DNA of 64,000 nucleotides from Parachlamydiales bacterium (GTDB lineage Bacteria; Chlamydiota; Chlamydiia; Chlamydiales; SM23-39): NCBI GenBank assembly GCA_015661075.1, contig JACVQJ010000007.1, positions 72,783 to 136,782 of the forward strand, read 5' to 3'. Shown piece by piece: positions 61,154 to 64,000 of this stretch (position 1 is its first letter; each line of letters starts with the position of its first letter). The notes under the pieces were generated by a model. It saw only the letters and a program-made list of their open reading frames with translations, ran no database searches and was not told where the DNA came from. The position numbers and the translations under genes were made by a program.

Positions 61154-62872
61154 CTAGCGAGGGATGAATTCGGGGATATAGTCGCAGTGCGGTGAGGGAT
61201 TTTCGATTTTGTAGAACGGATCGATATCCATCTTGAATCCCTGGTTGAATTTCACGAGGAGCTCTTCGGCCGTCATAAAATTCATGTGAGGACAATCGGA
61301 GGGATGGACAAGATTGAGAGGCAGATTGACCATCCTTGAGTGCTCGAAGTAGAGACCGATGGGATTAGCGGGCGGGTGCTGCGACCAGTTGAATTCCAAT
61401 GAATTGGGATTTTTATACTTGAGTTCAGTAAACCACTTTTTCAAATCGGCTTTCCGATAGAGGGTCATATCCATTGAATTAACAAAGCCCCAATCCGACT
61501 CACCCTTGCGAAGATCCCAGGCAAAAACGCCGTTGCTGAGAGGGATGCTGGGCGGGACGGACTGCGCTTTTTGCTGCATATACGATTGCTGAATGTGGCG
61601 GCCGAAGCGCAGATAAAAACCGTAGGCTCCGGTTTTTTCGAGCATTTGCCGGCAAAAGCTCAGATCGACAAAATCCTTTATGACCATGTCGTCGACGCCA
61701 AAGACAATATATTCCGATGGAGAATCGAAAACCGATTGGAGAAGAAGCGGTTTAAAATCTTTGCGCGGAGTATCTGACTGCAACACATAGCGCGCTTTAG
61801 GAAAGGCAGCCCTGACCAGATTATAGGCAGCGTTGAAGCGATCATCGCTGGCGCGATAGAGCACCGTGAGAAACTGATAGCCAGTGACATAATGCTGGAT
61901 CGACTCCAACGCTCCATAGAGCTGCAATGGACGGTCAAATGAAAAGACAACGATATCTACGTCGCTTTTTCCTTTGTGGTTCAATGAGGGTAACTGGGCG
62001 AGAGGGCGATAGGGATTCAGCGATTGCAGGACGACAGATTCGTTCGCCCCGGGATGCAAGTCGCGTTTTTTCAGTGTCTGGTTCGAAAAGGTCAAAGGCT
62101 CCGGCAAACTCCGGCAGCGGCCGCCGGCCTGTTCAAGGAGCGCCATGGCGTAAGAGATTTGGAGCTGAGAAAACCGTCCATCGACGAGTAGATCGGGCAG
62201 GTGGATCGATTTGAACAGGGCCGAGTAAAAAGCGAAAGAAGGACAGTCGAACTGTGACAATATTCGAAATCCCCTTTTTTCAATCACGGCCCGATCGATG
62301 GCAGGAGGATTGACGATCCCATAGCTGGGATATTCGATCGATTGAGCCATCGAAATCCAGGTGTCGGGATTCTGAAAAACCTGGTTGAGACGAGACAGCA
62401 CTCCATCGTGAGCCAGCCAGTTTCGGGCATCGAGAGGAATGATGATTTCCATATCCTGGCAATGCTCCGCCGCCCGATACAGACTGCCGACGGGGCCAAG
62501 AGCCGTTTCATTGCGAACGGCAATCACGCGCTGATCCTGATGATTCTGGACGACGAATTGCTGCGCTTTTTCTAGAGTACCATCAACTGAACCGTCATCC
62601 ACGAAAACAATGCGGTAGCGCTCATAGTCCTGCTCGAATACCGAGCGAAGCGCCCGTTCGCACCAATCGCTGGCATTATGAGCATACAGAACAATGGTAA
62701 ATGGTTTTTGCTCCGAGACAACCTGGTCAGTGTCCGGTGAAACGCCTTTAATGAATGGGTCGAACGAAAGTTTCGGCTTGTCTTTGGAGCGCTGCAGCTC
62801 GCCGGTGCCGGCAAGAAAGCCAACCAGAGCGATGATGGCAAAAAAACAGGTCGTCAGAATCGAACGAATCAT
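61154..62872 (-). CDS. membrane-anchored two-domain glycosyltransferase (N-terminal GT2-like domain plus unknown C-terminal domain)
   Basis: N-terminal TM segment. FTIVLYAHNASDWCERALRSVFEQDYERYRIVFVDDGSVDGT is a GT-A/GT2 signature. The C-terminal approximately 280 aa (DIVVFSFDRPLQLYGALESI...FGVDDMVIKD) looks like a second Rossmann-type domain with a DD motif. Confidence 0.7.
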   Translation of the reverse strand: MIRSILTTCFFAIIALVGFLAGTGELQRSKDKPKLSFDPFIKGVSPDTDQVVSEQKPFTIVLYAHNASDWCERALRSVFEQDYERYRIVFVDDGSVDGTLEKAQQFVVQNHQDQRVIAVRNETALGPVGSLYRAAEHCQDMEIIIPLDARNWLAHDGVLSRLNQVFQNPDTWISMAQSIEYPSYGIVNPPAIDRAVIEKRGFRILSQFDCPSFAFYSALFKSIHLPDLLVDGRFSQLQISYAMALLEQAGGRCRSLPEPLTFSNQTLKKRDLHPGANESVVLQSLNPYRPLAQLPSLNHKGKSDVDIVVFSFDRPLQLYGALESIQHYVTGYQFLTVLYRASDDRFNAAYNLVRAAFPKARYVLQSDTPRKDFKPLLLQSVFDSPSEYIVFGVDDMVIKDFVDLSFCRQMLEKTGAYGFYLRFGRHIQQSYMQQKAQSVPPSIPLSNGVFAWDLRKGESDWGFVNSMDMTLYRKADLKKWFTELKYKNPNSLEFNWSQHPPANPIGLYFEHSRMVNLPLNLVHPSDCPHMNFMTAEELLVKFNQGFKMDIDPFYKIENPSPHCDYIPEFIPR

Positions 62873-63810
62873 GATCCATCCTCCAGATCCTGTTCCTGAT
62901 CAGCTTCGCGCTGAAGAGCCGTTACAGGCGAATAGGGCGTCTTAGCTCGAATCGAGCGCTCGCAGCGGATCTGATGTTCCCGATCCTCCAGTGTTTCGGC
63001 TCGCCGATTTGCGATGGTTTGAATGTCAGGGACAAACTGAAAATGATCCCGTGCCATCTCAAGCATCGGCAGCATGATCGCCATAACCGCTGCCTGCGGC
63101 CAAAAGGCTCCCTGAAAAAGAAGATCCGCTTCACTGATTCGGCGGAATAAAGCGGCATAGAAGGTCGGCAGATGCGTCGCAACAAAGGGCGAAGAGCGCA
63201 AATGGCTCCATTCGATCTGCTGAATGTCGCGCGAAATACCCGGCCGATAAGACGGAAAGTCGCAGTATTGACTATACGTAAGCCACAGATCGGGATTGGC
63301 ATAATATTGATTCAGGCGGCTCAGAACCCATTCATGGGCCAGCCAGTCATTTCCACCGAGCATCACAATAATCTCTTGGTCCTCACAGACTTGCGCAGCT
63401 CGCATCAAATTGGCCAAAGTGCCCAGTCTTTGCTCGTTGCGAACGAGTGTAGTGCGATGAGACAATCCGCAAGCGTTGATGCAATCAGCGGCCAGCGCTG
63501 CACTCCCATCGGTCGATGCGTCGTCGATATAGATCAATCGATAATTTTCATAAGACTGCCCGGATACTGACCGCAGTGTTTTTTCTAAAAAAGCGCCATT
63601 ATTGAATGCACAGATCAGCAAGACAAAAGAGCGTTTCTGCGTAGGAAAATCCGCCGGGCTAAACCGATTGTCGATATTGGGAGAGTTTTGAACAACCCGG
63701 CTCTGGCGATGCTGATGAACATACCGTCCGGCGGCAAACGACCCACACGTGAACAACAATAACCCAAAAATCCAGAGAACTGCTTTTTTCATGTTGTTTG
63801 TATATAACAA
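62869..63810 (-). CDS. membrane-anchored GT2-like glycosyltransferase, paralog of the N-terminal domain of the downstream gene
   Basis: FVLLICAFNNGAFLEKTLRSVSGQSYENYRLIYIDDASTDGS and GGNDWLAHEWVLSRLNQYYANPDLW parallel the neighbour (PLDARNWLAHDGVLSRLNQVFQNPDTW). There is a 4-nt overlap with the downstream gene. Confidence 0.7.
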   Translation of the reverse strand: MLYTNNMKKAVLWIFGLLLFTCGSFAAGRYVHQHRQSRVVQNSPNIDNRFSPADFPTQKRSFVLLICAFNNGAFLEKTLRSVSGQSYENYRLIYIDDASTDGSAALAADCINACGLSHRTTLVRNEQRLGTLANLMRAAQVCEDQEIIVMLGGNDWLAHEWVLSRLNQYYANPDLWLTYSQYCDFPSYRPGISRDIQQIEWSHLRSSPFVATHLPTFYAALFRRISEADLLFQGAFWPQAAVMAIMLPMLEMARDHFQFVPDIQTIANRRAETLEDREHQIRCERSIRAKTPYSPVTALQREADQEQDLEDGS

Positions 63811-63858
63811 AAATCACAGAACTATACAATCGGCCATTTTTTACGAGCCATTCCCGAT

Positions 63859-64000
63859 GTGAATTCTTCGAGGAGATTCGGGATATTTTCGAACGAGTTT
63901 ACCCCGTTTTTCGAAGTCCAATATCTCCTTGAGTTATATGGACTTCGAAAAATGGGCGTAAAATCGTCGAAAGGATTCCCGAATATCGTCGAAGAGGCAC
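63859..64000. repeat. long imperfect palindrome reaching the window edge
   Basis: The left arm gtgaattcttcgaggagattcgggatattttcgaacgagtttaccccgtttttcgaagtcca pairs imperfectly with the right arm tggacttcgaaaaatgggcgtaaaatcgtcgaaaggattcccgaatatcgtcgaagaggcac. The loop is atatctccttgagttata. Confidence 0.8.

Noticed and set aside
1-64000. CRISPR arrays, tRNA genes and rRNA genes
   Set aside because: I saw no regularly spaced short direct repeats. The only T-arm/acceptor-like structure is the tmRNA. GGTTCGA-type motifs elsewhere (for example 59275) lack the rest of a cloverleaf.

Overview
This is a 64-kb chromosomal window that looks like an environmental, chlamydia-like member of the Chlamydiae. 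The evidence is a large (614-626 aa) LepB next to a 1033-aa eukaryote-type IleRS and a tmRNA whose 5' end resembles the chlamydial form, a tripartite Aas, and several proteins with Inc-like bilobed hydrophobic domains. I call about 55 protein genes, one tmRNA, and no tRNA, rRNA or CRISPR. The backbone is roughly 50-55% GC by hand counts. Its housekeeping genes are pncB, lepB, ileS, ssrA, phoH2, rmuC, pssA, an M16 protease, htrA, an M50 protease, ftsY, priA, a DEAD-box helicase, cspA, mntH, cysS and aas. The most interesting region is an approximately 12-kb low-GC accessory segment starting right after the tmRNA terminator (about 8.85-21.15 kb). It carries: (a) IS110 and RhuM gene stumps; (b) a translationally coupled pair of uncharacterised small genes (DUF5674-like plus partner); (c) a radical-SAM/SPASM - GT90 - CrcB operon; (d) a divergently placed tandem array of three paralogous Inc-like membrane proteins. 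Those three proteins share an unrecognised C-terminal module, and a relic of the phoH2 3' end abuts the first of them. Elsewhere the window holds a kinase-like putative effector with a 34-aa tandem repeat rich in TP/SP motifs, and several eukaryote-like, membrane-anchored glycosyltransferases (GT90, GT32, three GT2) plus a GH1. It also holds an Inc-like/AN1-like zinc-finger gene pair, a decayed mobile-element patch between the M50 protease gene and ftsY, and at least three families of structured intergenic repeats. All functional calls rest on motif recognition by eye; no database search was run.
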